Below are positions 27,585 through 41,068 of a DNA stretch of 64,000 nt, in pieces; the first letter of the stretch is position 1, and every line of letters starts with the position of its first letter. Location: positions 687,551 to 751,550 of the forward strand of contig NW_005434657.1 of assembly GCF_000315625.1 (NCBI RefSeq), given 5' to 3'. The translations under genes were made by a program, and so were the position numbers. The notes beneath the pieces are model-generated. The model saw only the letters and a list, made by a program, of their open reading frames with translations. It was not told the origin of the DNA and ran no database searches. This DNA comes from Guillardia theta CCMP2712. Lineage: Eukaryota > Protista > Cryptophyta.

Positions 27585-27815
27585 CCTCGTCCTGCTCGAG
27601 TTACCACCGTCGTCGATGTACTATAAACCTTCTCCTTCCTTTCCTCGGCAGGGAGCTGCTCGTGTGATGCAGAGAGAGGGGGCAAGGCAGGTGAGACGTG
27701 CCGTTGCCTTCCTGTAGCTTCAGATTACTGCGAGTGTTTCTACTCATCGTGATCGCTGCCATAGTTGATTTCTGATTGAACGTTTTCATTTTCTCGATCT
27801 CTTCCCTTCCTCTCT

Positions 27816-28149
27816 TCACATGAATTCTTCTCCCGTCGTCTTCACATAGTTGGCCGGTACCAGCCCCCGCCTCGCTCCCTGCTGCGCTAGAAACCAGCCC
27901 GGCTGAGCAATACCTGCTCGTCCGTCAACGCGTGTCCTGATAGAGGGGGGAGCTACCGAGGAGGAGGAGAAGCTGACCAGGGAGCAGAGAGAGCTCGTCA
28001 TCCTGAGCTGCGGCATGTGAGCGTCTCAGGATGGTCTCGCATGTGACTCACAAGCATCGAAGCGATAGAGAGACACAGCTTCCATGGGCTGACCGAACAT
28101 CTCGTCCACCTCCCATCCTGCTCCTCCTGCCCCTGCACCTGCCCCTGCC

Positions 28150-28190
<41 letters not shown>

Positions 28191-31144
28191 TTCTCCCGCT
28201 GCTGTTGCTGCCGCCGCTTCTATTCCTACTCCTGCTGCTCCCTCCTTCGCCTCCTCTCTCCTTGTTGTGTCCTCGCGCTCTTCAGTCCACCCGTTCATGC
28301 CACCTGCTAGGAGGTCACGAGTCTCATCAAAAGATGAAAAGGCAAAGTTCCTCTAGATTGATCCCCCAGCTTCTCCTCCAGCGGCTCCCCCAGCTCAGCT
28401 GCAACGGTCAGCAGGCAGGAAAGGCAGCTGAGGGTCTCGAGGAGGCCTGGCTCCGATCCTCTCCTCTTGTCCAGCTCAAACTCCAGCAGACGGTCAGCTG
28501 ACCCAGCATGTACGAGCAACCGAGACATGGAGCTCTGTGAAGTGAGCGTCAGGGCTGCTGGCAGAAGAGAAGAGCAGAGCAGAGCAGAGCAGAGCAGAGC
28601 AGAGCAGAGCAGAGCAGAGCAGAGCAGAGCAGAGCAGAGCAGGTCAATGAAGTTCAAACATGAGAAGTTTTACATGCAGAGGAACGAGAGTGATTCTGCT
28701 TCCCAATTCTTCTTTTCTCTCAACTGAGACACACAGAGATTAGAGGAGGGAGGAGGGAGGAGGGAGGAGGGAGGAGGGAGGAGGGAGGAGGGAGGAGGGA
28801 GGAGGGAGGAGGGAGGAGGGAGGAATTTAAGAAGAAACAAGGTGGCACCGGTAGGAAACTCTTTGAGAGAGATAAAGCGACATGATTGAGAGCACGCGAC
28901 TTTCTTCAGCTCATCACAAAACTCCTGACATGAAATTCGTCTGCTCGCAAACTGAACGACAAGCTCTGAGCAATGACAGAAAGCGTCGGAGAGGCGGGAC
29001 GAGGGCAGGAGGGAGCTGCTTTGAGGAGCAGCAGTTGTTGGCGTCGACTCTCTCCTCTCCTCTCCTCCTTCTGTCCCTTGCCTGCCCAACACCTGAGATT
29101 GAAGCTCACCCATCACGACAAGCAAGCTTTCGCTGTGTTCCCAGCACTTGCCCAGCAGGATTTCAGCTTGCCTTCTCCAGCTCTCGTCCCCAGTCTCCCG
29201 TCTGATGCGAATAGTCGAGAGTGTCTGCGAGAGTTGCGACTGCTGGAGTTTGCAGCTGACCGCCTCCCTCCTCTCACTCGTCAGCTTCCTCTGCAACACG
29301 GTGATCTGCTCGCTCTGTATCCTCACGCGAGCCTTCATCTCCCCCAGCTCCTCCTCCAGCTGGTGTTTGTCAGCCGTCAGCTTTCTGAGGTCCACCTTCA
29401 GCATCTCGAGCTTCTTCTTCATTGTCACGTTCATCACGTCGACTTGATCTTTCATCTCGTCTCGCTCCCTCGCTACCTCCACCATCTTCTTCTCATCTTC
29501 TCTCTTCTTCTGATTTTGTCCCTCCCGCGCGATTCCTTCTTGTCTCTTCCCCATCGCCTCCTCCACAGTTTTCACCTCCTCCAATTGCCCGGGAAGTTTT
29601 TCTGCCTCCACCTGCCCCTCGACCCATTGAGTCTCAGCGTCTCGCGTCCTCTTCCCCTGTCGGCTCATCGCCTGCTGCAGCTCGACGACGAACGTCTTCA
29701 CGCTCCTGATCTCCTCCACCAGGATCCTCCCCCTCAGTCGCGCATGTCGCACTTTGATCGCATCTGCCTGCATTGCCGCCATTGCCCCAGCAGCGGGAGT
29801 TGTCTCCTCACTCCTCCTCTTCCTCTCCTCCTCCTCCTCCTCCTCCTCATGATCCAGCACCACGTCAACTACTTCTGCCTTGATGATCTTCCGCGCATGT
29901 CGCTGATTCGTAAGGAAGTTGCCAAGGTCACAGAACTTGAAGAGATCGACCACGAGGGCAAAAGAAGACCGACAGGAAGACGGTCGAGCAAAGACGACCA
30001 GCCGCAATGCATCTCCTCCTCCTCGTTCTCCTCCTCCTCGTTCTCCTCCTCCTCCTCCTCCTCCCTGCCATGAGAGTCTTCCTGTCTCAGCACCGAGCAT
30101 GATGTAAAGCTCCTCCAGCAGCTCCTTGGCTTCCCTGCTGGTCAAGTTGCTCTTGAGTCGAATCTTGACGTGCAAGGAGACATGCTTGAGAAGAGGGGAG
30201 AAAGTTTCCATCCAGCCCCACCTGCTCTCCAGCAGAGAGGAGGAGAAGGAGGAGGAGGATAGGGAGGAAGAAGCAAGTAGTTCCTCGTACCCCTCCAGCC
30301 TCCTCATCATCGTCCTCTTATCCTCTCTCTCTCGGTCGATCATCCTCTTGTAGAGTTTGTTTTCCATCAGCGAACTCTCCAGCATCTTCTCGAGATTGTT
30401 CAAGCTGCTCTCAAGCTCGTTCATCTTCCTCCACTTCTGCCTGTCCTTCTCGCCCATCCCTGACACTTGCCCCTCCTCCTTCTCTTCCTCCCCCTTCTCC
30501 ACTTTCTTTTCTACCTCGTCCACTTCCTCCTTCTCCTCCGCGCTCAGCAGCGACTGATCGATCCTCGTTCCATCTGAATTGCACTCAGAAAATCGTGCTA
30601 TCACCTGATGAGGAACAACTGCAGCAGCAGGTCCAGGGATGCTGATGCCAGAGGGAGAACGAGGAGGAGGAAGAGAAGGAGGTGATGGTTCTAGTGGTGG
30701 TGGAGGAGGAGGGCAAGTATCACGAAGCATAGCAAGCGCCACGAGAGCAGCAAGCAGAAGCAGCAGGGGAGCAGCAGGAGATTGGGAGGAGGAGGGTTTC
30801 CTTCACCGTTCTCCTCCAGCCGCTTGAACGCTTCGAACTTGTCTGTGTACGCCTCTAGCAAGTACGACAGGCTGACCTCTAACTTCCTCGCGTCCTCAAG
30901 CGCGTTGACCACCTGCCGATAATGAGGAGGAACAAGGAAAAGTTCATCCTGCTCCACCTCTCCTTCCCGTCCTCGTCCTCCCCCTTCCTCCTGTCCCACT
31001 CCGTCCTCCTCGTCCTCCCCCTTCCTCCTTCCCACTCCGTTCTTCTCATCCTCCACCACTACTCCCCTCCTCCTCCTCCTCCTCCCCCTCCTCCTCCTCC
31101 TCTCTCTCGATTTCTCACATGCACATTCTTCCTGCATTTGTTAT
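27816..31144 (-). CDS. Large coiled-coil protein with C-terminal SH3 domain; 5' end may lie in the gap
   Basis: Spliced SH3 AVSLYRFDASQDDELSLLPGQLLLLLGIAQPGWFLAQQGARRGLVPANYVK. Long coiled-coil exon about 28900-30690. Confidence 0.75.
28572..28640 (+). repeat. (GCAGA)n microsatellite, intronic
   Basis: Tandem pentamer. Confidence 0.9.
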
Positions 31145-31997
31145 NNNNNNNNNNNNNNNNNNNNNNNNNNNNNNNNNNNNNNNNNNNNNNNNNNNNNNNN
31201 NNNNNNNNNNNNNNNNNNNNNNNNNNNNNNNNNNNNNNNNNNNNNNNNNNNNNNNNNNNNNNNNNNNNNNNNNNNNNNNNNNNNNNNNNNNNNNNNNNNN
31301 NNNNNNNNNNNNNNNNNNNNNNNNNNNNNNNNNNNNNNNNNNNNNNNNNNNNNNNNNNNNNNNNNNNNNNNNNNNNNNNNNNNNNNNNNNNNNNNNNNNN
31401 NNNNNNNNNNNNNNNNNNNNNNNNNNNNNNNNNNNNNNNNNNNNNNNNNNNNNNNNNNNNNNNNNNNNNNNNNNNNNNNNNNNNNNNNNNNNNNNNNNNN
31501 NNNNNNNNNNNNNNNNNNNNNNNNNNNNNNNNNNNNNNNNNNNNNNNNNNNNNNNNNNNNNNNNNNNNNNNNNNNNNNNNNNNNNNNNNNNNNNNNNNNN
31601 NNNNNNNNNNNNNNNNNNNNNNNNNNNNNNNNNNNNNNNNNNNNNNNNNNNNNNNNNNNNNNNNNNNNNNNNNNNNNNNNNNNNNNNNNNNNNNNNNNNN
31701 NNNNNNNNNNNNNNNNNNNNNNNNNNNNNNNNNNNNNNNNNNNNNNNNNNNNNNNNNNNNNNNNNNNNNNNNNNNNNNNNNNNNNNNNNNNNNNNNNNNN
31801 NNNNNNNNNNNNNNNNNNNNNNNNNNNNNNNNNNNNNNNNNNNNNNNNNNNNNNNNNNNNNNNNNNNNNNNNNNNNNNNNNNNNNNNNNNNNNNNNNNNN
31901 NNNNNNNNNNNNNNNNNNNNNNNNNNNNNNNNNNNNNNNNNNNNNNNNNNNNNNNNNNNNNNNNNNNNNNNNNNNNNNNNNNNNNNNNNNNNNNNNN
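31145..31997. other. Assembly gap
   Basis: About 850 N. Confidence 1.
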
Positions 31998-32214
31998 CTA
32001 CCTCGTCAACTCCACTCATGTACCTGAATACATTGCAAAAGGACCCCTAGTCCCTTAACCCTCACATGATCAGAAAAGTTTTCTTCATACCCCTACAAAA
32101 TATGTCATATGTACCGGTGTAATAACTACCTACCCATGGACGCGAAGCCACCCTACCCCCTAAATACTAGGAGATTTTTTTTTCCCTCAAGCTCGCGTGC
32201 GGCAGGCGATCAGC

Positions 32215-32259
32215 ATGCAGCGTAACAACCAGGACAGCGTGCAGACCTTTGGGAAGAAG
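32215..32259 (+). pseudogene. RPS16: Isolated first exon of 40S ribosomal protein S16 (uS9); remaining exons not found in the window
   Basis: ATG..MQRNNQDSVQTFGKK followed by donor GTGAG. Matches the eukaryotic RPS16 N-terminus SVQTFG[RK]KKTA. Upstream pyrimidine tract. Confidence 0.65.
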
Positions 32260-32577
32260 GTGAGACGATGAGTGATGGAGAGATGATGTTGAGAGGATGA
32301 AGTGATGACCACAAAGATGATGACGCATGAGGAGAGAGGATGATATGGCTCAAAGGAATATGAAAGTTGTCATGATGAACATGTTCTACACGATGCTGTC
32401 GAGGGAGGGGGAAGAGGAGAACAACGAGATGAACAAGAAAAAGGAAGAGACAGTGCGAGGGAATGGGAGGGAGAAGAGATACACGTGAACGAAGGGGAAG
32501 CGGAGGGGAGGAGGGGGAGGAGGGAGAGGAGGGTCATGAATGAGTAGAGGTGCTCACGTCTGCCTTTCCCCGCACTC

Positions 32578-33719
32578 TTACTTGGCGTTGGGATCAAGTT
32601 CGGTGCGATCTTCGTGGGAGTCTGGAGGAGATGAGATGAGGGGAGGGGAGGCAAACGTTGAAGACGAGAAGAGAGCGGACGAGAACAGGAGGAGAGAGAA
32701 GGGAGGGGAGAGGGAACGACAACACATAAGAGCTACCCGTTTGATTGAGACAGCATCGGAGACGGCGGACGGGAGGATGAGAAAGTTGTTCGGGTCTTGC
32801 GGATCACGAGACCTGCGGACGAGGGTCGATTGCGTTGAAGGAGGAGCCCGACGTAATGAGCAGACGATGAATGAGAAGGGCAGGAGCAGAGGCAGGAGCA
32901 GGGGTAGAGGTAGGGGCAGGAGCAGGAGCAGGAGCAGGGGTAGAGGTGGAGGCGAGGGGCAGGAGCGAAGGGGGTAGGGGTAGGAGGGCGAAGGGGCGAG
33001 GAGCGAGGAGCGAGGGGTAGAGGGTAGAGGTAGAGGTAGGGGCAGGAGCAGGAGCAGGGGTAGGGGTAGAGGTAGGGGCAGGGGTAGGACCTTCCGTTGT
33101 CCTTGGAGAAGGAGAAGTCAGGAGGAACAGACTTGGATACGCTTCTTCCATCAAGATTGTCCTGCCATGCCTGGTCGTCACCCCCTCTCCCTCCTCCTCC
33201 TGCTCGTGCTGCTGCTGCTGCTGCTGCTGCTCTGCTGCTGCTGCTGCTGCTGCTCTGCTGCCATAATCTAACTTTTTTCCCCTCTTACCCGAGGCTTTGC
33301 TCGATATCTTGTCGTCTTGTCGCATCTGAAAGTTCCCTGAGGAAAACTGTCTTGTAGGAGCTGAAAAAATGATCAGTCCCCTCCTCCTCCTCCTGCTCCT
33401 CCTCAAACCTCTTGGCATAGCGAAGCAGGTGATCCTTTGCTGTTGCAGGCCTTGAGGTCCAACTGCCATATCGTTACCTCCGCCCCCTCCTCTATCCTGC
33501 TTCCTACTGCTCCTCCCTCCTCCCTCTCTCATCCTTTCTCTCTTCCCTCCTAACTCTCTGTCTTCCAGCCATCGTTCACCTGGGGCAACTTTGTCTCGCT
33601 GCTCTGCCATGGGGAGCGATGGTTGCGGAGCAGCGGGCGATAGGTTAGCGACGCTTCGAGATCTGCTGGAGATGAGCGAAAGGAGGGACGAACAAAAGGA
33701 AATAAGAGAGACAAAGAGG

Positions 33720-33755
<36 letters not shown>

Positions 33756-36699
33756 AGCAGGAGGAGCAGGAGGAGGAGCAGGACCGATCTCTTTTTGTGC
33801 ACGATCGAGTAGTTCTGATCGCCTTCTTTGAAACAGCTTGTCCGCCTCGTCGAAGGACCAGGACTTGGAGGAGGTATCAGCCGGCTCCGCCCATTCTCTC
33901 CTTAGGTTCAACTTCATCCCCTGCTGCTGCTCGACCACCCTCACGCCCTCCTGCTCCTCCCTCCTGTCTGTCTTGATGCTCTCCTGCTCCGCAAGGTTCA
34001 TCCCCGCCGAGGGCTCGTCGAAGGGCTCGTAGACTTTCATCCATCGGCTACTGAGTGCAGGGTGAGATAGGGTGAGGGAGAGAAGGATCTTACATCCTCC
34101 TCCTGGGTGAGTCCAGCGACTCCTTGCAGTGATGAGTCAGGAGCGAAAGNNNNNNNNNNNNNNNNNNNNNNNNNNNNNNNNNNNNNNNNNNNNNNNNNNN
34201 NNNNNNNNNNNNNNNNNNNNNNNNNNNNNNNNNNNNNNNNNNNNNNNNNGGGGGGGTGGAGCAGGAGGAAGGGAGGAAGGGAGTGGAGGTAGAGGGAGGA
34301 AGGAGGAAGGAAGGGAGGGAGGGAACGGGGAGGAACAAGCTCACCTGGAGGTCGAAGGAGACGATGCCGGAAGAAGTGTTGAGCCTGATAGAGTTGTCAG
34401 GGAAGGACAAGAAGAAGAATTGCGATGGAAGCAGATCAGCACTGGGACAAGAAGGAAGTGGGGGAAGAGAGAGGGATGGGGAGGGAGGGAGGGAGGGAGG
34501 GAGGGAGGAGGTTTTTGTCACCTCATGGGGGTGAAGCGCTTTGAGGTCTGAGGAGGACGAGGTGGAGGATCTTGAACCTGGTAGACACAATCATGTCGAG
34601 GAAGAAGAGGACAGAGGAGATACAGGGAACGAGACAACGGAGAAGAGGAGAGGGGAGGAGGAAATGGAGGAGGAGGAAATGGAGGAGGAGGAAATGGATG
34701 AGGAGGAAATGGGATGGGGAGGGGAGAGGAAGAGCATAGCAGGATGAAGATGTCAGACCTTGAGTGGTCGACCCAGCCCGTTAGAATGAAGACCCTGAAA
34801 GAAATTGATGAATGCAATACAGGCAGAAAACAGGGGAGCAGGGCAAGGAAAGAGAAGTTCAGGAGGCGGAGCAGGAGGAGGAGGAGGAGCACCAGCAGGA
34901 GAATGAGGAGGGGAATGAGGAGGAGCAGGAGGGGCAGGAGCAGGAGGAGAATGAGGAGGGGAATGAGGAGGAGCAGGAGGGGCAGGAGCAGGAGGACACT
35001 CTCTTACAAGGCTGAGGAAGTGAGCAGTTGCAGTCCTAGCTGATGAGGGCTGCGGAGAAACAAAACAACGATGAAAGACATTGCAAGGTTAGGCAAGACC
35101 AGACGAGACAAAGAGAGAAGAAGGAGGAAATGAAGATGGGGAGAAAGAGGAGGAGCAAGAGGGACAGGAGGAAGCAAGGAGGATGTTCGCCACCTGAGCT
35201 TTTCGCACCATGACGAAGGGATTGTTCTCCGTCTCCTCGTCGCTGGGAAAAGTCAGAGAGAGAAGCGGAGGGATGAAGATGAAAGCACACAGCAAGGTTG
35301 AGGCACAAGGCTGCAAGAGATAAGAGGAAACGAGAGGGGAGATTGGCGAAGAGAGACAGGAGGAGGAGCGATGAAGGGCAGGGAGTGGGGAGAAGAAGGA
35401 ACATGAAGAGAGGAAGAGGAAGAGGAAGAGGAAGAGGAAGAGGAACGAGGGGGGAACGAAGGAGGGTGAACAGACCTGCTCTCGTCTCCTGATCCCTCAG
35501 ACCCGCTGTCACTGTCCTTGGAGTTGTCGCTGACGTCTGACTTGAGCCGCCTCTCCTGCTTCTCGTCACAAGGGACGGCAGAACTCCAGGCTACCATCTC
35601 CTCCTCCTCCATCTCGATCTTCATCATCCTGACCAAACCTTCAGTTCACAGAGCCTACCTCCTCCTTTCCCGCTCTCCCCCGTTTCCCCATCTCTCCCCT
35701 TCCCCTTCCCTCCTCCTCCTCCTCCTCTACCGCAGCCTCTTCTCCTCTTCCGCTTTCTTCGCCTGCATTCGTCGTCATCATCGGCGAGCTCACTGCTCCC
35801 TCACCGCTTGCTGGACGATGCGACTGAAATTCTTGTGACCGTCTGGTCCCAACATGTTCCAGATTGCCTACCAGTCAACTCACGTAAAGTCCAACGCCCC
35901 CCAGGCTCCTCCCTCCTCCTCCTCCTCCTCCTCCTCCCTTCCTCCGCCTTCTTTCCTCCTGCCTCCTCTCTCCCCTTGTTCTCTGACTCCATCGCCTCCT
36001 CCCCTCCCCCTCTGTCCGTATCCTCGTCTCCTCTTCGTCTTCCTCTCCCTTCCGCTCTCACATGACAGATGTCCACCCCGATGTCCCTCAGGTTCTGAAT
36101 GCCGAAGTGCCTGAACAGACAAGAAAAGATGAGCAAGACAAGTCAAGTCAGCATAAAACAAGATGACACAAATCCTCACATGTTCGCATTTTCTCCTCGC
36201 CTTGGACCCGCAAAAGAAACTTCGAGAGTGAAAGTGTTGGCGATGCCAAAGTCTCTCCACCTGTACGAGGATGAGGAACAGAGGAGAGAGCAAGCTATTA
36301 ACCAACAAGACACTCACATGAAGGCTCGCCCGGTTGCATTCTTGTTCTTCCTGATCTTGAACTTGCAGTCTACCAAAACAAACATCACCTTCAACATATC
36401 CCTGATCTTTATCGTCTCATCATCATCTCCATTTTCTTCTTTTCCTTGTCAATCATCGTCTTCTCCGTCTTTTCGCACCTTCGAGTGAAAATGACGAGTT
36501 TTGCTCGGAAAGAAGAGTCGGGAAGACAAGCTCACTGAAAAGTTGCGGAGGTGGAACATTTCTCTGAAAGAATCGTCATCATTGTCGGCGTCATCGTCAT
36601 CGACTTCATCACTCTCCTCCCCCTCCTCCTCCTCCTCATCATCTCCATCATCATCATCATCTTCATCATCATCATCATCTCCATCATCATCATCATCAT

Positions 36700-36747
<48 letters not shown>

Positions 36748-37225
36748 TATCTCTATCGCAAATCTTGTTCGTGATGATACTGTAATAGATTGGTTGACCT
36801 GTCCGATCCTCCAGTCTCTCCATCCCTTCGCTTCACACCCGTAAACAAAAACTACATCTCGAGTCAGGAACAGCAGAGAGCAAGAGGAAACAACGCGCGA
36901 GGGGGGGGGAGGAAGAGAAGAGGAGGAAGAAAGAAGAGGGGAGAGAGGCAGTAGACAGGAGGAAAGAGGAGACGAAGGATGTAGAGTGTGGAGAAGGTGG
37001 GGGGGTGAAGACAAGAGAGGGAAGAGACAAGGAGGGCGGGGAACAGGAAGGGAGTGAAGGAGACCCATTGCAACATACCATTGTTCTTGCAGGAATGGCC
37101 GTGAAGGTCAAGGTAGAGGGCGATCTTGAGATGCAACGTGAGGAGGGAGGAGGAGAAGGAGTCAAGCGTTCACCTCCCTTTCCCTCTTGAACCTCTTGAC
37201 CATCCTCTTCAATATCACAGTCAGT

Positions 37226-37304
<79 letters not shown>

Positions 37305-40300
37305 CTCTCCCCTTCCATCTCTCCTCCCGTCCCTCCTCACAATCCTTCCCCTCTTCTCTCAACTGCTCTATCTCCTCTGCTCTCCTTCCACTCCTCTTCT
37401 TCCTGCTACTCTCTCCTCCCTTCTCTCTCCTCTCTCTCCCCATCCCCTCCTCTCCCCTCTCTGCTCATTCTTCTCCCTTCTTCTCACCTGCAGGTGGTGG
37501 ATGGTCGGATGGATCAGCCGCGATGCCTCCACGTACCTTCTGTTGAGATCGTGACCTGCCGCTGTTGTGAGAAGAGAAGAGAAGACAAGAGAAGACAAGA
37601 GAAGAGAAGAGAAGAGAAGAGAAGAGAAGAGAAGAGAAGAGAAGACAAGAGAAGAGAAGAGAAGAGAAGAGAAGAGAAGAGAAGAGAAGAGAAGAGCAGA
37701 GAAGAGAAGAGAAGAGAAGAGAAGAGAAGAGAAGAGAAGAGAAGAGAAGAGAAGAGAAGAGAAGAGAAGAGGAAGAGAGAGCAGACTGACAAGCAAGGAG
37801 AAAAGACAAGACAACTAAAGCGAGATGATATAAGGAGGGTCAGAGGAGAGGAGGAGACTGGAGAGGATACGCGGGGGAGAGAGCCGCATCGAGAAAGATC
37901 AGGATAGGTACAGGATCCAGCAGTGACAGGAAGGGAACATGGGAAAGTAAAATGGGGAGGAAGAGGAGGAAGAAAGGAAGAGATGAAGGAGAAACTGGGA
38001 AGGAGGAGGGAGGAGAGAGGAGAGGAGGAGGAGGGAGGAGAAGGGAGAGGAGCGAGGAGAGAGGAGAGAGGAAGGAAGAGGAGCAGACCCGCTAGTCCTG
38101 TCCTGTAGTTTCCCAGGACGACGCCATCAGGATTCAACATGGGGACGATCTTGAAGACAAAACGATTTCTCAACCTTGAAAATCAACTTCATCAACAACA
38201 CCCAAGACAAACTTGCTCAGTCTCTGTCTCTATCTCTCCTCTCTAATTCATCACATTCGAACCAATCCTCACTCCCCTCCTCATTCTTCTTCTTCTCCTC
38301 CTCCTCCTCCTCCTCCTTCTTCTCCTCCTCCTCTTCCTCCTCCTCCTCCTCCTTGTCCTCCTCTGCTGCTTTGCCTCCTCCTCCCTCAGTACCGGTCTGC
38401 CAACTCCGAGTCACCCGTCAGGAATCGTAAGATCCCATCCATCATCCAGCTGCTGTTGGTCTCCCCAGGATGCACACGAGCCTGAGAAGCATGAAGATCA
38501 ATCCCTCCCTCCCTCCCTCCCTCCTGCTTCTCCTGCTCTCCATATTCATACTCCACCTCCTCCCTCCTCCTTCCTCCTCCCCTCTTCACTCACAGTAATT
38601 ACTATCCCCTTCCTTTCATTCCTGGGCAAATAGTCCGGCCCAGGAACTTCGCGAGGGACCTGGTGGGCAGTTACAAGAGCAACAAGAAGAAGCGACACGA
38701 AGAACCATGTTTGTAATTGTCAACACATGACATTTGTTTCCTGACAGCATGTAAGCAACATTTCTACCAGAGCATCTCTCGTCTCCTTCTTTTACTCTCC
38801 TCTCCTCTCCCCTCCCTTTCCCTCACCTCCCCTCCCCTCTCCTCTCCTCCCCTCTCCTCTCCTCTCCTCTCCTCTCCTGCCACTCACGAGCAATCGTCTT
38901 GCACAACAAGTTTTTTTGAAAGAACTCTGACGGAGAAACCTGCGAGTCTGCCTGCTTGCCAGATGCTTCTGGATGCTCGATCGCGAACAACAGCCTCTGC
39001 AGGTCTAAAAAAACCGTCAAATCACGTCAATCACGCGACTGACCTGCCTGTGTATGTGTACGGAAAGCAGTGGGCGATGTAGCAAACGTCGTCATCGAAA
39101 GGGAACTGGGAGCAACAGGTCAGGGAGAAGGCGCAAGAGGTCCTCCAGTGTGTCTCACTTGGACTTCGAAACTCAAAGTGCGATAGAATTCTTGTCTCTC
39201 AGTCTCCTGCTCACACGTCAACGGCCCCGCCTCGTCGTCTCCCTCCCCTCACGTCTCGTCGCTCTATGGTGGTCGGGTTCATCCTGTAAGAGATGTTCTT
39301 TCCGCATCGATGCCATCCAACCTGAAGGGAAGTGAGCGAAAAGGAGAGAGAGGGTCAGACGATAAAGAGTACATGTTGACGCTGTTCCTTCATGGACGAG
39401 TACATGAGAGGCTGTAGGCCGCTGGAGAAGCAGTCATCTCCTTGTTTCTTTTTTCCCTTCGCTCACCCGCTGTACAGGGATCGAGGCTTCACGAGGTTGA
39501 CGATGTTGAACCGATAGCTGACGCCTGCGAGGACGAGGAGGCGGAGGTGAGAGGAGACGAGAGGGGAGAAGAGACGAGAGGGGAGGGGAGAGGAGGGGAG
39601 GGAAGGGGAGGGAAGGGGAGGTGAGAAGAGACGAGAGGTGAGAAGAGACGAGAGGGGAGAGGAGAGGAGGGGAGGGAAGGGGAGAGGTGAGAAGAGACGA
39701 GAGGTGAGAGGAGACGAGAGGGGAGGGAAGACGAGAGGGGAGGGAAGACGAGAGGGGAGGGGAGACGAGAGGGGAGGGGAGAGGAGGGGAGGGAAGGGGA
39801 GGGAGGAGAGCAGGGCAAAGGAGAGGATGCTTGCAGGAAATAAACAGCATTGATGGAGGTAGAAGGGCGACAGAAAGTGACTTGACCTGCTCTCGTGTTT
39901 CCAACTTGAAAGTAAAACCATTGAGTATGAGAGTTGGTATTGTAGTCCGTGCAGAGAAAGAGATCGTAACAGAAATCTCCCGTCTGCAGCAATAGTCTGA
40001 ACAACCTTCCTCCCCACCTCAACCCTCTCAGCTCACTCGCACGGCCCGCTGGAGGTTGCCGCTCTCAAACCGAGACTCGAAGACAAGGGTGCTGTCGTTG
40101 CTGTTCTTGGGCACGTAGTACGGCGGGAGATGGTCGACAACAAACGATCTCTGAATGACTTGTCAAACTTCCGACAACTCGCATTGCCCTTCCTCACAGT
40201 CTCTGAGATCATGAGCGGGTTGCTCCTCGAGGCGCGTTCGAAGACAACCCTTGAGAACTCAAGGTCTGAGCCATCCGACGGCAGCCTGCCACAGACCGGG

Positions 40301-41068
40301 GCCTCCGATAGCAACGGCTCGCCTCCATCGTTCCCCTGACCCACGAAGTGCCTGAGAGGAAGGTTAGTGAGAGGAGAAGCTTTTAAGATGACGCGAGCGA
40401 GGCAACCATGGCGGGGGATGCATCAAGGTCTCGATCCCAGTGCGAGGCGGTTCGAGCACAAGTCGGGGTGGTTGCGAGGGTTTGGCCAGCACAGGAGCTT
40501 CTCCGACGAGGTTTTCGTCCGAGGACGAGAGAGGAGGCTGAAGCTCAAGTCAGACGTCTGCCTCCATCAAGAGACATGCTACCGTCATGTCAGGATCTCT
40601 GCCTCCCTCGGAGGACATGTAGCCATCGTCTTCTGACATGTTGTACTCGTTGGCGTTGTCGCTTGACGCTGACTCGTCCGTGGCAGTCTCGCATCGTTTC
40701 TTATTCCTACAAGCGTAGAACCACGACAAGAGAACGTCCTTCTTTCTCTGCATCTCGCTGCACCCCTGAGTGCAGATGACATGCTTGCAATACGGGCAGA
40801 CTGAATCGATACGAGCGTGTGTCCTGAAACGCCTGGCTATTCGCTCTTTCCATTGCCTCTTTGTACTGCCTCCGGAATCTTTCATCTCGGAGCTTGATCT
40901 GCCCTTCACCGGCGAGCGAGTCAGGTTGCTGAATTTGAATGCCTACGGAGAGACGACATGAAAAATCTCGTCACTGCCAGCAGCGGCGGCGGAGCTCGGG
41001 TTTGGCTCGGAGCGCTCATGGGTCATACTAGAGGCGCTTATGGCTGACTTCGGAAGCTGAAGACGCAT
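32578..41068 (-). CDS. Cytosolic carboxypeptidase (M14D, Nna1/AGBL family, CCP2/3-like tubulin deglutamylase)
   Basis: FESRFESGNL, YDLFLCTDYNTNSHTQWFYF, YRFNIVNL, FAHCFPYTY, ARVHPGETNSSWMMDG, FKIVPMLNPDGVVLGNYRTGLAG|HDLNR, YLDLHGHS and FTLEVSFAG. Low-complexity tail; both ends approximate. Confidence 0.92.
34150..34249. other. Assembly gap
   Basis: 100 N. Confidence 1.
36637..36746 (+). repeat. (CAT)n microsatellite
   Basis: Tandem trimer within the carboxypeptidase gene. Confidence 0.9.
37570..37775 (+). repeat. (GAAGA)n microsatellite, intronic
   Basis: Tandem pentamer; equals (CTTCT)n on the gene's sense strand. Confidence 0.95.

Noticed and set aside
30922-32058. Long ORFs spanning N runs
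   Set aside because: Artefacts of the assembly gap
34020-34040. MKVYEP resembling an internal RPS16 peptide
   Set aside because: Wrong strand relative to the RPS16 exon and the flanks do not match
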